Of a stretch of 64,000 bases of DNA, positions 49,666 to 64,000 are shown piece after piece (the first letter of the stretch is position 1; the number at the start of each line of letters is the position of its first letter). The position numbers and the translations under genes are program-made. This DNA is from Microthyrium microscopicum (lineage: Eukaryota). The stretch is from assembly GCA_010405405.1 (NCBI GenBank), contig MU004243.1:553340-617339 (forward strand), in the 5' to 3' direction. The notes under the pieces are model-generated. The model made no database searches, was not told the DNA's origin, and saw nothing but the letters and a program-made list of their open reading frames with translations.

Positions 49666-50382
49666 CTTGTTCGACTTAGAACAAATAGCAGGCCATGGTT
49701 CTTGTGGTTTCGACAAGAACCAAATGTCGCGATAAGACATATCCACAACTTCAGCGGCTCGAACCTATTGAAAGGGAAATGAAGAGACTGGAAATGACAA
49801 TTTTAGTCTCTGAAGAATGAAACAGCATGTTCATGATTTTGAGCGAGATTGGTTGAAGCCGAAGAAGCCGGAGAGGAAAAAGGATACATGAATACCACAA
49901 AGAAGAGACGCTTCGGCCCCTATAGACTTATCCTACTAGATATTAAGCAGTGTATTCCAGAAGGCTCGAAGAGATCGTGAAGGAATGCAGATCAAATCTT
50001 CGGTTCTCAAGATGAGGTATATTTCCACCTCAAAAGCAAAATGCAGGCAGTCACTGGCCACAGGTTGACCTCAATGACCTGAAATGAGTTTGGAGGTGGT
50101 TTAGTTCTAGCCTTCTTAGCATTTACTACCTCCGCGCGAAGGTAAGAGGTTGTCTCTTTCACTGCCGGCGCAAGTGATGCGCCTACCTATCCTCGACTAC
50201 TCAGTCAACCGCCTTCGTTCCGATTGTTATAAGATCTCCAATCTCTCATAACACCTCTTACAAGTCCTCATTACATATACTTCCCATCCTCCTCTCTAGT
50301 CCTCGAAGAATCAGATCATCCTCCACTTTGTTTCAGCTTCTCAGCAAACTTCATCTGGTACGCGACGAGTCCCATATTCGAA

Positions 50383-51926
50383 ATGGCCGATCGTGCACCA
50401 GAGAACGGACAGCCAGAGAGCAAGCAATCATCCTCTGATCCCGGACTAAATCATCAGCAACTGGTTCAACTTTCGCCTCACGCTACTGTAACTCAACTAT
50501 CTCCACCTCAACTTACGGCGCCTATTTGGAACGGTCCTAAGTCGCCTACTGGGCTCAGAAATGCAGAGCGTTCTACAGAGGAGAACCTTTACAATCTCTT
50601 GGATTGGCCTCCACAGGCACCCGATGTTTCGTTGTCAGATATATTCAAAGCTGCAGCCTCAATGCCAATAATCGGACGTGGGGGTACGAGTATTGTGTAT
50701 AACTATAATGGCATGGCGTACAAAAACACCGACGAGCAGGAATGGGGCATGTTTATGAAAGCCGGAGATTGTGCGATTAAGCCAATAGGACAGGTCAAAA
50801 AGATAATGAAGGGTCCTACAAAGCCCGGAATTCGCCAAGCAGGATCCGTCGTTACAAATGGTATTCTCATGGAGCTTGGAATGCCTTTCAAGAGCCGAGA
50901 AGTCCCAGACGAGCAACTCGAGGCTACAAAGAATGAGCTCATATCATTGATTCAGCGACTACACCAGGAACAAAACATGATTCATGGCGATATTAAGCCC
51001 GAAAACTTCATTCGGTGTCAAGACGGTAGAATACGGCTTTGCGACTTTGGCTCTGCGAGATCGCTAGACGGAGACTTGAATCTCGACGCCTGGGAAGGTG
51101 ACGGAGGAACTGAAGGGTTCGTACCTTTCAATCGGAGTATGTTTGATGGGGCCACACCACCAACTCCCGAATGTGTAAGTACTGATTGAATGACTCATCT
51201 TGTGTTTCCCTCAGTCTTGAGAGACTTCCGACCTAGCGGTTCCAATTTTGCTTGCCTTTAGCGAAGACGATGAAGTTGCCTTCTGGGCCAATTTAGGTTC
51301 AGAGTTAACGAGCAGAAAACCTTACGCTAACAAACCTTCAGGATATGTGGGCATTGGCAATGGCGATCTGGGAGATGTATACAAAGAAAAGCGCTCGGAG
51401 CTTCTATCAGGAAAATCCAGATAAAACCGCTGAAGATCTCTATAGGGAACAGGCGATGGTTGACATTGACTTGATTCAAGACCAAGCTACCCGTCGATTG
51501 GTTAGACGGATGCTAAATGATGGTGGTGCGCCACTGAGAGATGACACTCCACCACCGGAGTCTACACTGCCACCTGAGGAAGAAAAGCTCAACAAAGACA
51601 TCATCAACAAGGGTACTCGGGAGTCGTCTGGCCTCGTAGAAGACACACCCGATAAACCTGTCACGGCACTCGCTGAATCTGAGGATATCGTCGAGAATAT
51701 CGCTGAGGACTTGACCGAGCCTGTGGAATCTATGCTTACGCCAGCCGCCAAGCGTAAAGAGCCTGACAGCGACGCTGCTAAGCACTCTGCAGAAGCCATA
51801 GCTGAGCCAGCTGCCAAGCGGATGAAAATCAACAACATCGATGCTCACGTCTTTGGCATTGAAAAAGCGATTTCTGTATCAAACGAGCCAGCCAAACTAG
51901 TCGCGGAGACACCCGTGGTGGAGTAA
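50383..51926 (+). CDS. Divergent protein kinase-like protein
   Basis: GRGGTSIV, AYK, HGDIKPENF and DFG. Intron 51175-51341 joins to DMWALA (subdomain IX); acidic tail. Confidence 0.85.
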
Positions 51927-52613
51927 TCTATGTTAGCGAGGTCCCGTCAAATCAGCAAGCTGCACAAGTCGTTCTGGCTGGAGCACCCGCAGACGATGCG
52001 CCAATGTTGTCGTCCTGAACTTGAAGATGAACATCACCAGAGATGAAGCGTTTTGTGCAGGCGAGAGTTTGACCGCAATGGTGGTGACAGATACCAGGTG
52101 GAATGGTGCATGTTCAGTGAACAAAGCGGCAAGGAAGCCAATGATATTGACTAATGGTCAACGATGTGGAACTTAAGCGCGATATAAACTTGCTGAGGCA
52201 CTAGGAGTAATGCGCTTTAGCTAACAAATCGAAATGTTACTGTTGTTGCTCTCTCACATGGTGACTACATCAATCAGGTACTACCTGGAGCAGTTGTATT
52301 CGTATAGTGTTGCGCTAAGCTATATGGTTCTTTCCCAGATAATGAACTATCCGATGACCTGATGGACTTGATATACCGATATAAAGGTTGTAAGACTCAG
52401 GACTTGCGACATCTCAACGATGGGATGAAGTTGAAAGGCAAGCCTTCGCTGAATTAGGCAGGAGTATGCGGTACAACGCGACGCGACGCCAGTTGTTTTT
52501 TCATGTGGGACAGAGGTGCAGTATACGACGTCTTTGTATAGAAGCTGCTTTTCGGTAATTCATGTTGATTGCGTATTCACTAGTGATCTTCGGCTAGGTA
52601 GTCTGAAGGCACC

Positions 52614-54475
52614 ATGAGCGCTATGCATTCCGCGCTCAGAATCCGCGAAATACAGCTACTAATCATAGATCAAATAGTAGGGGATGCATTCGAAACGAAC
52701 GAAAAACTCAATTTAAGCCAACATCGCACTGTACTCTCATTTGCCTTGTGTTGCAATGATTTTTGGCGAGCCGCATTGCCAACATTATGGAGAACAGTGC
52801 CTTCACTCCTGTCTGTTATCAAAACCTTTCCTTCAACGCTATGGGAAGATGTCGAATCGCAGTTGATCCGCGAGCCACAAACACCCATCTATGAAACCTA
52901 CGACTTATCAGAAAATGACTCTATGTTTGCCGATGACGATGTTAGTCACCTGGACTATCAGCAGTATCAATTAGTGAGCCAAGCACTTTCGTTGGCTAAC
53001 TTAGTTCAAAAATACTGATATAATCCCAGGTTTTTATACGGGACATCAACAAAGAAGACTGGTCTCGATTTCAAGCGCACGCACAGTACGTTCGTAAGCT
53101 TACTCTCGTTCAAGGTGTTCAGGGATTTTCCTTAACAGATCATGAGCTCACCCATCCACGGATCAATGACAAGGTCTTCGGGCAGATGGCCAGATGGTGT
53201 CCAGCTACAAACTGGTTCCCAAAGCTAGAAACTCTTGTTGTTCCTTCAGGCACACACTTGGATCTGCTACCTGCGCGTAGCTTGATTCATAGTAACGTCA
53301 AGTCCTTTGTCTGGAATTCAACTATGGCATTCGAGGCAGAGGACGAATATGATCAAGAGGCGCAGGCATTTGCGGACATTCGAAGGGAATCTGCGCTCAA
53401 AGGCTTTCTTGACACACTCTCCTGGCTATCACCCAACCTCAGTACAATAGACATCACAACTTACAGAATTGAAAACTACGTCGCTCCTATGGTCAATCTT
53501 CTCACGAGTAGAAAGATCGAGAAGCTAAAACTTTGGCATAGGCCACTAGAGGACGAAGAGCTTATACTGGCTATAGCTCGATCGCCATTGCGCTTGCTTG
53601 CCTGCGGGCTATCAACTTCGATGGCCTGGTATACTGTGGTTGGACCTCGCGGAGAACTGGGTATGCCTAGTCTAACATCTGCCACTTTGATGGTCGCCGA
53701 CTTGGTCATCATTAGCACATTCTTGTCAATCCTGGCCAATGCGAATATGCTTCGCGTCCTGCAAGTCTACTGTAAACACGAGCCATCGTGCAAAGAATTT
53801 CGAGATTTCCTGGACTTTGAGATCAAGCGCACGGAGCCCCATCAGCTTCAAACCTTTCACATGATGAGGGAATCCGCATTTGGTCGCGATTACTCGCCGT
53901 CGAGTATTTCAAAAGCCGAAAGGCGTCGATTGAGGATTTCATTGACGAACTTCTTCTCATCTCGACCGAGCTTGACGGACGTTGCCATACAAGGCATACC
54001 ACAGGCTTTTATGGAATCGATCGACAGGGGTCTTTTAGAGCAAATCACCTCTTCGCTCCCTCGCATAGAAAAACTTGATTTACGGATATATGTGGAACCT
54101 CATGAACAACATGAAAAGCACCTAGACCTAGGGGACGTTGTGCGGCTATGCAACTATCGCCCTAGTCTTCGATATCTAGCACTCTCTGGAGTTGACTGTT
54201 CCAAGATTCCATCGAAATCTTTCCCAAAAGTCAAACTTCGGCATCTAAGACTGGTTGGTGCGTATATCGATCAAGGTGAAGAAGAGGATTTTGTCAGGTT
54301 TTGCATCGACTATTTACCTCTTCTTGAATATATCACAAGTCCACCATGGAAATTGGGGGAACAGTGGACGGAAATGGCAATTCGCGAGTGGATATCTATA
54401 AGTGAGAAGCTACCTTGCTACACACCTAATTGCTTGAATGATCAAGAGCGACTGGATGAGAAGGAAGAGGAATGA
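52614..54475 (+). CDS. F-box-like / RNI-like LRR protein
   Basis: MHSALRIREIQLLI..FALCCNDFWRAALPTLWR, then an intron, then DWSRFQAHAQYVRKL and repeated LxxL segments. Confidence 0.7.
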
Positions 54476-55272
54476 AATAATAATAGACGTGTCGAATTGA
54501 GATTCAAATCCAGAATTTGAATACTTCTACAGCTGGGGCCTCGATATCTGGACGTGTAGATTGAATCGCTCTCTCTGTGCAACGACTTTATCAAACAAAT
54601 AAGGGTTTCAAAAAAGATGCTCGTGTAGTGGCTTACTTCAGGCAGCCATAGTCGCTCTGCACAAGAGGATCTTGACACTACGTTCAATTTGTGCGTACAT
54701 GACAACGAGAAAAATAACCGGGTCACGCATCGTAGTGAAGGGGGTAGCAGGCCTAGAGTAGATAGCGTCTAGTATCGGACATTGTTGACAGCCAAAAGCT
54801 ATGTGTAATGAATATGAACTGGACGCAGCCTTGCTGCCAACAACAATTTCTCTTCCCAAACAGCAATCTGCATGTACACTTCATAAGCAAGTCACTCCCG
54901 GGTAGTGTTAGTATCAGGTCTCTCAAGAATTTATCAACCCAAACTCGCAAGCGGACATATGGAAAGCTGGTCGCGAATTCATCGTCATCGATTGGAAGCC
55001 ACATCGGCTGAGTGTTGTGAGACGTCTAAGCTCAATTGCATACCATGGCAGGTCACCCCGAAGGAATCTCCATGTTCTCCCGCGAGCAGGAAAAAGAATT
55101 CACTAGAGCTAGTCAACGAAGAGGAATATTGAGTGGACGGAATGTGGAGGGAGCTGCTGTGTTTGTTCAAAGGTTTTGATGATTTCATTGATTCTCAAAC
55201 AAGCCTGATCATTGCCAGACGATGCATAATTTTTCATCTAACCCATCAACCGTAACTCCCAAAGCTAGTCGT

Positions 55273-55947
55273 CTAGAACTTGTTGAACTGCTTGACCATT
55301 TTGCCAGTTCGAGGAAGCACACGGAGGACGTTGAATCGGACCTAATCCCAGGTTAGTCGACATATAAAATTCTGACATTCCTTCATAAACATACAGTCTT
55401 GCTCAATGGCCGACATTGACCAACGGTAACGCGATCGCCTTCTTCCACACGGAACGCTGGACTGACGTGGGCAGCCAAGTTCTTGTGACGCTTCTCGTAA
55501 CGGGCGTATTTAGGAATGAAATGGAGGTATTCGCGACGGATGATGATGGTACGGTGCATCTTGGCGGAGACAACGACGCCGGTGAGGATACGACCGCGGA
55601 TAGAGACAAGGCCGGTGAAAGGGCACTTCTTGTCTGTATAAGTTGTTAGTCCCTCCTTTTGTCCATTCAATTGCGCGCGATCGCATGCGCATATCCAGAA
55701 ACCATACCGATGTAAGAGCCATCAATGGCAGTCTTGGGAGTTCGGAATCCCAAGCCAACGTCCTTGTACCATCTTCGTCCTCCCTTTCCAGCACGCTTTG
55801 CTTTGCCAGCGGTAGCCTTGTGGTTGAGGAAGATGTGAGGTTGTTTCTGTCATTCGGTTAGAACCAACCCTCCACTAAGCTCCAAAAGTGCGATTTCGAA
55901 CGGACCTGGAAAGCACGCTCACTTTGGACAGTGAGTTCGGTCGCCAT
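55273..55947 (-). CDS. RPS11: 40S ribosomal protein S11 (uS17)
   Basis: [33 protein letters not shown]..|[27 protein letters not shown]. Confidence 0.98.
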
Positions 55948-56300
55948 GATTGTGTTTGTTGAGTATCAGGCGAATTGGGTGGATGGCGCTGTTTTTCGAA
56001 ATGACCTTGACACTCAAATTCGTCAAAGTGGTTGGAACAAGTGGGAGGTGCAGAGCAGTGGGCCGGATTAACTAATAATCCGGCGGCAGGGATCTGGACT
56101 CGGAGTTTCGGGAAGGAGCTTCGGATGCTGGTGGCTGGGATCTTTCCGTCTTGGCACATGGCTCAGAAACGCTAGTCTCAACTGGGTAACCTTGTAAACA
56201 AACATCAATCGCCTCCTTCGTCTCAACAAACCGCGGGTCTTCACAAACACACTGACGTGCCAAACTTTCCAACTTCAGTCGTGGTTCCCAATTTCTCACC

Positions 56301-59300
56301 ATGATCGAAAATTCGGATAAAGAAAATATGCCCGAGGTCATGACCCAACCTTTAGGCAAACTGGGATTGTCACCACTACCTTCAAAGCCTAAGAAGCTAC
56401 GAAGTCGCAGTATGGGCCCCTCAGAACAGCCACCAGCACTAAAGGAAGAACGACAAGCAAGACGCCAGGTGAGTAAACGCGTACTTATGTTTGTTTCTCA
56501 CTAACATTCTGTATTAGACCATGATGCTGCCTGCAGTCAAGTCAATCCTCAGCTCCTCAAAGACCGGCGAACAAGACGACGCGGCAAAGCGAAAAGCTGC
56601 CCGACGAAAATCTCTAGCAAATAGACGAGTCTCCTTTGCACCAGACGCTACATTACATACATGGGACGTTGTGGAGTACATTCGTGATGCTACAACAAGT
56701 TCCTCAGCGTCATCGGACGCCGAGCGACGCGCTTCTTCCCTTTCACAAGCATCATCTTTCAAGTCACCAGAACCTGGCACTCCGAACTTGAGACTAGACT
56801 CGGATGGCGACGCGACAGATGCTTCCGTGTCTCCTGAACGGTCCAACGCGAAATCAAAACAAGGTCGAAAGCGACGAAGCTCTGGTATTCCGCCTTTAAA
56901 CTTCAATAATCCAGATGACATGCTGTCCTCTAGCCCGAACAGGCAGATTTCTCCAAGCAAGGGCGAAGAGGCGGATGGAGACCTGGGAGACGCGACTATG
57001 GATTTGGATGATGATATGATGGCGGCTGCTACGGACGATTCTACTTCATCTAGTGCAAGACTGGATAATGCATTACGAGCTGCAGAGCAAGCCGCACATA
57101 CAAACAAACTGACTTTCTCGCCTCAAGATGACGGAGGTGATCAAACTATGGATCTTGCAAACGATGAAGTCACCAGCGCATTTGTGCCATGGTTCAATAA
57201 GAATCGACGTGGCTCAATGGCAGCTCCGAAGATGTCTGTGCTCGAGGACCAGGAAAATATGGACCCATTTGGATCAGCAGCACCATCTACAGACCAAGAC
57301 GCTGGTGGCGACACGAGCGAGGAAGACGCCACTATGGATGTCACCACCGCGTTTGGTGGTATTATTCGCCAACAAAAGCCTCCACCGTTTATACCGGCCG
57401 ACCAGACTCTTAGTTTGAAGCGGAAGCGCACGAGTATGAACATGAGCACAATTACCGACAGCTCTGGAAGCCCCATGCGTCGACCTTCTTCTCGACGTTC
57501 ATTATCTAGAAGACAATCGGTCGCGGAAGAAGACACAGTCGGAGGTGCGACCATGGACTTTACAGTTGCAGTTGGTGGAATTCGTCAGGTAGCCGAATCG
57601 GCACCAGTTGCAGAAAATACTATGGCCTCGGAAGGCTCTTCTCTTATGGATATGACTATGGACTTTACGATGGCTGTTGGTGGCATTAAGAAAGCACCAA
57701 ATCCATCGAATGCTTTGTTTAGCCCTGAAAATACGGATCTACTCGAGGACATGAGCATGGAATTGACCGAGAATCTTGGAAAGGCATTTGCGAATACTGC
57801 TGCTCCTAAGACTCCAAGCCCAGCCAAGGTTGAGACTCCCACAACAAAGTTGCTGCCTCCAAGCGTGACTATTGACCGACCTTTGACGCCAATTCGGGAT
57901 TCTCCCTCTGATTCTCCACGGGCGAGAGGCTCATCTCCCCGACGATCTTCGCGCAAACCCCCACGAGACAGCTTTAGCCCAGGTGATCTCGTTGGGGAGC
58001 CAAAGACACCAGAACAAGCACTCGAACGACAACCGGAACGAGCGCCGCTACAAGAAATTCAGCTGCCTCCTGCACCGGTGTTCAAGGAGAAACTGGTAGC
58101 GGCTAGTCCTCGCATCGTTGCTCCCAGTCCGCTTCGACAAATGCAATCAATAGATGATGAAATGACCAATACGCTTCAATTGAACTTGGATCCACAGCAA
58201 GCAAAATCATCGCTGTCAGATACTCTCAAGTTGCTGCTCACTCCCCGAAAAGAATATCTTCCATCTCCAGCGCTGGCTCCACCAGCTGCTCGAGCGACTC
58301 CCAAGCGTTCCTCGCCTCGAAAGATTGCAACACCCAAGAAACTGGGAACTCCGAAGCGATCGCTAGAATCAGTCAACCGGGGATCATCGCCTCGCAAACG
58401 CGTACGCATCGATGCAACTCCAAGCCCTCAAAAGCTTGACCGAGCGAACGACGATGAAGGGGAAGAGGTGGATCCAATCAGTCTCCAGGAGTTTCTGAAC
58501 ATGACCAATATCCGCTTCATGGATCTCACAACCACAAAGCGTCGTGCAACGGGATTCCCGGGTGCCGATGCCATGCTGCAAAAGGCCTCGGAGCCTAACT
58601 TTGAAGAAAATGATCAGTCTATGGAGAACCAAGTCGCTGCAGCCGTAGCAGTTGTCCCCATGCTATCCATGTATCAACACGTAAGTACAGCCCAATCGCA
58701 ATTTAATCTCCAATGCTAACTTTATAGTCATGTCACGAAATGAAGTCCTACATCTCCAGTGGTAGGATAGAGATCAAAAACCTCGAAGCCGCAGCTCTGG
58801 AATCCCAACCACCGCTATTCCACGACTACGCCAATGCTTCTCTCTCCGAACGCAACATCATCGATTCGCAACTTCGTGATCTGAAAACCAATGCTCGTCT
58901 CCAAAGCAAATCAGGTTGGCACTCTTGGCGCGCTCAACTGCTAAACGATCTCAAAACTGGCTTGACCTCAACTGCTTCAGATCTCGAGCGCGATGATGCC
59001 CTCCTCGCGCCCGTGGAAGCCGCCTTCGACCAGGTACTCCCTGACATGTTCCAACAGGAATCATCTCTTCAAAGCACCCTTGACATGCTCCAAAAGCGCA
59101 AAGCAGATGCAGACAACAACACTGGTGCTGATCTCGACACAGCGCGCGAATCCCTCACCGCCACGAAATCCACCCTCCAGCAAAAACAGGACCTCCTGGA
59201 ACGCCTACAAGCCTCCCATGCCGAAGCCACCACTCGCCTCGACGCAGCACAAAGCTGGAAAACAGAGACCGCAGCCGCCATCAAAGAAGCAGACCGCATC

Positions 59301-60038
59301 AGCGAAGAATGCCGCGGCTGGTCCACAACCGAAGTCCTCGCTCTCCACACCCGCGTCTCCGCCCTGCAATCCCGTCTCAACTGGTCCTTGATCTCAGCAG
59401 AGGGACCATCAATCACACTCAAACATGACTCCCTCCAATTAACCATCCATCCACGCTCCTGGATCACCAAATCGAACACCCCACCCTCCGATGCGACTAA
59501 TGCGCCCATCTCGCTGTCCTACATCGGGCCGGAGGATACAAATGCTTCGGTCGCGACGGCACGTCGATTCTTCATCCAGCTTCTCCGCGCACACGCACAT
59601 GCCCTGCCGCAGGCGCAGACGCCTCTGACCTCGTTATTGGCGATGTTGAAAAGTGGCTGGTCTCTATGCACCCGCGTCCTCGCAGCCGTTCAATCACTCA
59701 GCCTCAGCGGTCTTGTGGATGTCTCCATCCAATCCGACTCGCGTCTCTGCTTAGCCGTCAGCTTGTTTCTACCGAGTCTAGAGACTAAGGTGCGCGTCAA
59801 CTTTGGCGTTAGTGTTCACGTCTTGCCCGGAGCTCCAGTGGAAGGCAATGTGAGCATTGAAGCAACGGTCGTGTATGGCGAGCGTTACGCGGAGGATAAG
59901 ATGGCTGGCTTTTTGGGACAGTATGTTTCTGATGGCAAGGTTGGTGATGTAGAGGAGGTGCGGAAGTGGGTTGATGGGGTGGAGGCGTTGAAGGCGAGAT
60001 TGGTTGCGACGGGACGAAAGGGAGTACGGAAGGAATAG
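56301..60038 (+). CDS. SPC105: Outer kinetochore protein Spc7/Spc105/KNL1
   Basis: KSIL and RRVSF PP1-binding motifs, MELT-like repeats (MDVT, MDFT, MDMT, MELT), ISLQEFLNMTNIRF, and a coiled coil plus RWD-like C-terminus; two introns. Confidence 0.93.
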
Positions 60039-61383
60039 TGTTAGGTTACGGTGATGGGTTCATGATTGAATGACTTGTTGACTTTGGCGTTTGCATGCGG
60101 GTTCTTTGGATGGGATGATACCAGGGAGTCGGTACTTTTTAACTTCAATTGATTGTGTTATGATTTCGATTTGATCTATCGGTTGTGTGTATCGAGGGCT
60201 TACTTCAGCCTTGCCTGGCTCCCACAAAACATCTCGTTCGGCACCATCTTGCAAAACCAACGACGCAAAAGTAGCATACAGATAACCTCAGTTATCAATG
60301 AAGCTACCTGTAGTCTACAGCATATGGTGTTAAATCGACTGTCTGCCAGCACCAAGTCCTCTCAGCCAATAGGATTCGCAAAATCAACATCAAGTACATC
60401 AGGCTGAGAATGACGTGACAGACAACTTTTTTATTTTATTTTCGGTACTTGACGAATTTGACGATTTGTTGTAACCATCATCCATCATCCACTAGCCTTC
60501 AACTGCTTGGCCTAGTCCAAAATCTTAAGGTCATTGGCCAACGGTGGCGAGACTGGACACCATTTGCAGATGGTGGGCTCAATGGTTGAGCACGCAATAT
60601 CAAGAGTGGTTTAATAATCGCCTTCTTGGTCACTCAATGCTCTTGTGATTACCACGCCATAGTTGAAGGCTCGTGGGATATAAAAGCAGGGTTCCTTGAT
60701 CATTGTTGGTGTTTTGGATCTACTTCTCCCATTGTGCTCTTTGATATTTCGCTTATACCCAAATACCCATTTCGAATTATAGACCTTGCTGGTAAGTGCT
60801 ATTGTTTATTTGCGTTCTTTGGGGGATGCCTTTCATTCCACAAACTGCAGCATTCGCTACACTCTCGATGGAGTCGGAGCAAGACTGGTGACATCTTGAT
60901 ATCATTCAAGAAACTGGGTGCTACTTCTGTATATTGTGGTCGCCGTTCATCAAATATGGCGATGTTGGAGGGCAACATGTCCGAGGCTGTTTCGACTTGC
61001 CTTGAAACGCGCCTTCCTTGTCAAAAAGTTGTCAGAATTGGGAGCCCCTCCCTCGCAATTGCCCTTTTCCCCGCGTTAGTGGCCGCTGATTGAGTGGCCA
61101 TTACCATTTTCAGCCTTGCTCTGGTCGTTCTTTCTCTGTTAGCCCGATGGTGTCATTCTCGCCGTGGCATCATTCCAGAAAGTCGTAACCACCTCGCCGT
61201 TCACTTTTTGCGCGCCTTGCTTTCAAATCACCTAATCCCAGTGGCGATCTTCGGTTTTCACACTCCATAAAACCTCATTCTAACATCCTCCGCTAATACA
61301 GTTCTCATCCTCACTACACAAAATCCAACCACCAACTTCATCACCAAAAACACACTTACAAACACAACTACACCACCATCAAA

Positions 61384-62138
61384 ATGTCTAACTCCGAAGA
61401 ACCACGCGCCGCACCCCTCCGCCTCGGCACCATTGCGCCAAACTTCCAAGCCGAGACCACCAAAGGCCCAATTGACTTTCACAACTTCATCGGCGACAAC
61501 TGGGTCGTTCTCTTCTCACATCCTGAAGACTACACACCCGTCTGCACTACCGAACTCGGCGCCTTCGCCAAACTCGCTCCAGATTTCACCGCCCGCGGTG
61601 TCAAGCTCATTGGATTGAGCGCCAACACCATCGACAGCCACGAAGGCTGGATCAAAGATATCAACGAGATCTCACAGACTACCCTCGACTTCCCAATCAT
61701 CGGTGACAAGGAACGCAAGGTTGCGTTCGCATATGATATGTTGGACTATCAAGATGCTACCAATGTAGACGCCAAGGGCATCGTAAGTTCCTCCATGTAA
61801 TTCAGACGGTGGATTCAAGGCTAACACGCACCAAGGCATTCACCATCCGCTCAGTATTCATTATCGACCCAAAGAAGACCATCCGCACCATCCTCTCCTA
61901 CCCAGCCTCCACCGGCCGCAATGCCAACGAGGTTCTCCGCATCGTCGACAGCTTGCAGACTGGCGACAAGTACAAGGTGACTACACCCATCAACTGGGTG
62001 CCTGGTGACGATGTCATTGTCCACCCAAGCGTCAAGACTGAGGATGCCAAGAAGATCTGGCCCGAGATCAACATCGTGCGCCCATACCTACGATTCACGC
62101 CACTGGCTAAGGAGAAGGTTGGTCCTCAGAAGTCGTAG
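61384..62138 (+). CDS. PRX1: 1-Cys peroxiredoxin (Prx6 subfamily)
   Basis: FSHPEDYTPVCTTE and YPASTGRN..EVLR; one intron. Confidence 0.96.
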
Positions 62139-64000
62139 ACTGGTTGCAGATGCGATGAATGGAAGCAATTGCTGTGGGCAATAACCTGCAAAAGAGCACA
62201 TTAGACGATAGGAGGAGAGACGAAGAAATCATGACTGTTAGCGTACTCTTCCTACTACCTGCTGTAGGTAGTTAAAATACATAAAATGTACCCAAGAACT
62301 GCATAAAACGTAAGCCTCGCGAGGAGTCTGCATTAGCGTGAAAAGAAATGATACATATCATGCCATCCCGACTGAAGATTATATCATCGTAGATGTGTTG
62401 TGAAATACATTGAAAGTGATTGGTCCACTTTTCTTTTCCAATTATACAGCCTACTATTACTGCGACCCTGCGATTACGCAGCTAGCCGAATGCAACAGTG
62501 CTTTTGTATCCAGTCTTAGTAGGCATACCTTTAGGAGCTTAGGGGAATTGCTGATTCCGAGTATTTGGGAACAAGTAAAGTTTCAAAGACAATATTGAAC
62601 GCTCAAGAGGCGTTTTGCCGACAGTCTGTTTCAACTGATCCTCGAGTTTGTGAACGAGGCCCCTGGATAACAGCAGCAAACTGTAAAAGCCGTCTAGGGG
62701 CGTTGTGTGACCGTGATGGTTTCTCTGGTGTGATGGGGTTGGAGATACTCATTGGGTATACGTATTCATACCAAGAGCCAAAGAATTGCCATCATATCAA
62801 TTGGGCTTTCAGCTCATTCATTAGTGCAAGTGATGAGGTTATTTACAAAACCCGGGTGTGAGCAATTCCCTCGTGGAGCTATCGTTGGACTTGCAGAATC
62901 GCATGGGGTTGGCCACGAGGTTTTTTTGGTGTGTGGGGTAGGTACTTATATTTTGAGCCTGGGACAAAGAAAGCATGGCAAGTTTCCTGCAGACCCTTGA
63001 GCCCCTATGTTCGCCAAAATTGCAGGTATATCGTTCGCGAGGCCATTTCGGGCCGTGAGGCCGTTTGAGTACCTACGGGTATCTGGGTTCTAGTACATGA
63101 CCTCATGGCAATGAATCGTTCTCATAGTCGGCCTCGATGGCGGTAGATGTTAGTCACGGATAGGGCGGGAGGATTCGTATGTATGATATACGGTAGCAGC
63201 CCAAGGAACAGGAACGGACAGTCGACTGGGTTACTTCAAGTATCCAGATTGGGTGAAGTCTGGATTCTGGAACACCGGCGTGGGAGAGTTCGCGGTGTAC
63301 AAAGAGTGTGATTGGAATGCCGCGGATGTCAACGACTCAGGAACCACAAGCAAGCTTGAGCGACTCACGGACATTTCGCGCTGCTTGATTGGCACGCCTC
63401 TTGGGACTGGGGCACCACAGGCACCACGCTTTGCCCCAAGGTTCCAAAACCGCCTTGGTATCTTTCAAGTAAAAAGTCGAGCCAGAAAACACATCGTAGC
63501 AGCTTCATAATCTTGAGCTGTTCTGCTGAAATCATTGACAGAGTTCTTGCAGCACGACTCTGAGATCTTCGTATCCTTTCTTTGCTTTCTCACGCGCTAC
63601 GTTCCGCTGGTGGCTGCTGGCGATCAAATTGTCCTACTTGTTCCGGGTACTTTGCGCGCATCACCAGGCGGGGGACTGCTTTTGTCGTTTCTTCTTTCTT
63701 CATCTCCCGTTGAGACTCGCGTCTCCCTCAGCTTTTGCTCGGAAAGCGAAGCGCATCAGACCTTTCTCATCAAGCATCCTGCGCGCTGCCGGCTGCCGGC
63801 TAGTTGATATTTGAATCCCACAAGCTGCTGGGAGCTATCAGACTCGAGTAAGTACCTTTTTCATGTGATCTTTTTGGATTTCGCACCAGGCTCCCGGGGT
63901 TTCTTTGCTTTTCTTGGTTATTGTTTTGTTGGAAGCAGAGTCGAGTAGGTCAGCGACAAAAGGCAGAGATGCAGGACCTGATGGGCCCTGGTACTTTTTT

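Noticed and set aside
56084..56160. G-U-rich stem-loop followed by ACA
   Set aside because: G/T-rich promoter sequence forms such pairs easily, and there is no convincing snoRNA or snRNA layout.
62200..64000. Coding-like fragments near the window end
   Set aside because: Frequent stops and no identifiable protein.

Overview
Intron-rich nuclear DNA of a filamentous ascomycete (Pezizomycotina). About 19 protein genes are recognisable: TinA/Msd1-type SPB protein, acetylpolyamine amidohydrolase-like deacetylase, GPI-type wall protein, VPS41, RMD1 family, two Zn2Cys6 factors, an arsenic module (arsH, bZIP, arsM), a Sec7-PH GEF, an HNH-like protein, a C2H2 factor, a kinase, an F-box-like protein, RPS11, SPC7/KNL1 and PRX1. 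There is also a MITE. The standout observation is a tRNA-Pro(AGG) gene (minus strand, 12314-12456) whose 5' acceptor-stem strand is split after nt 3 by a 53-nt GT-AG intron with a CTAAC branch point. Removing that intron restores a perfect 7-bp acceptor stem, and the gene also carries the ordinary anticodon-loop intron. Other candidates: a Kex2-type two-repeat secreted protein with asymmetric introns and an intronic hairpin, a small Cys-rich gene missing from the ORF track, and an Agaricomycete-style F-box protein. All gene models were read by eye; no searches or folding were run.
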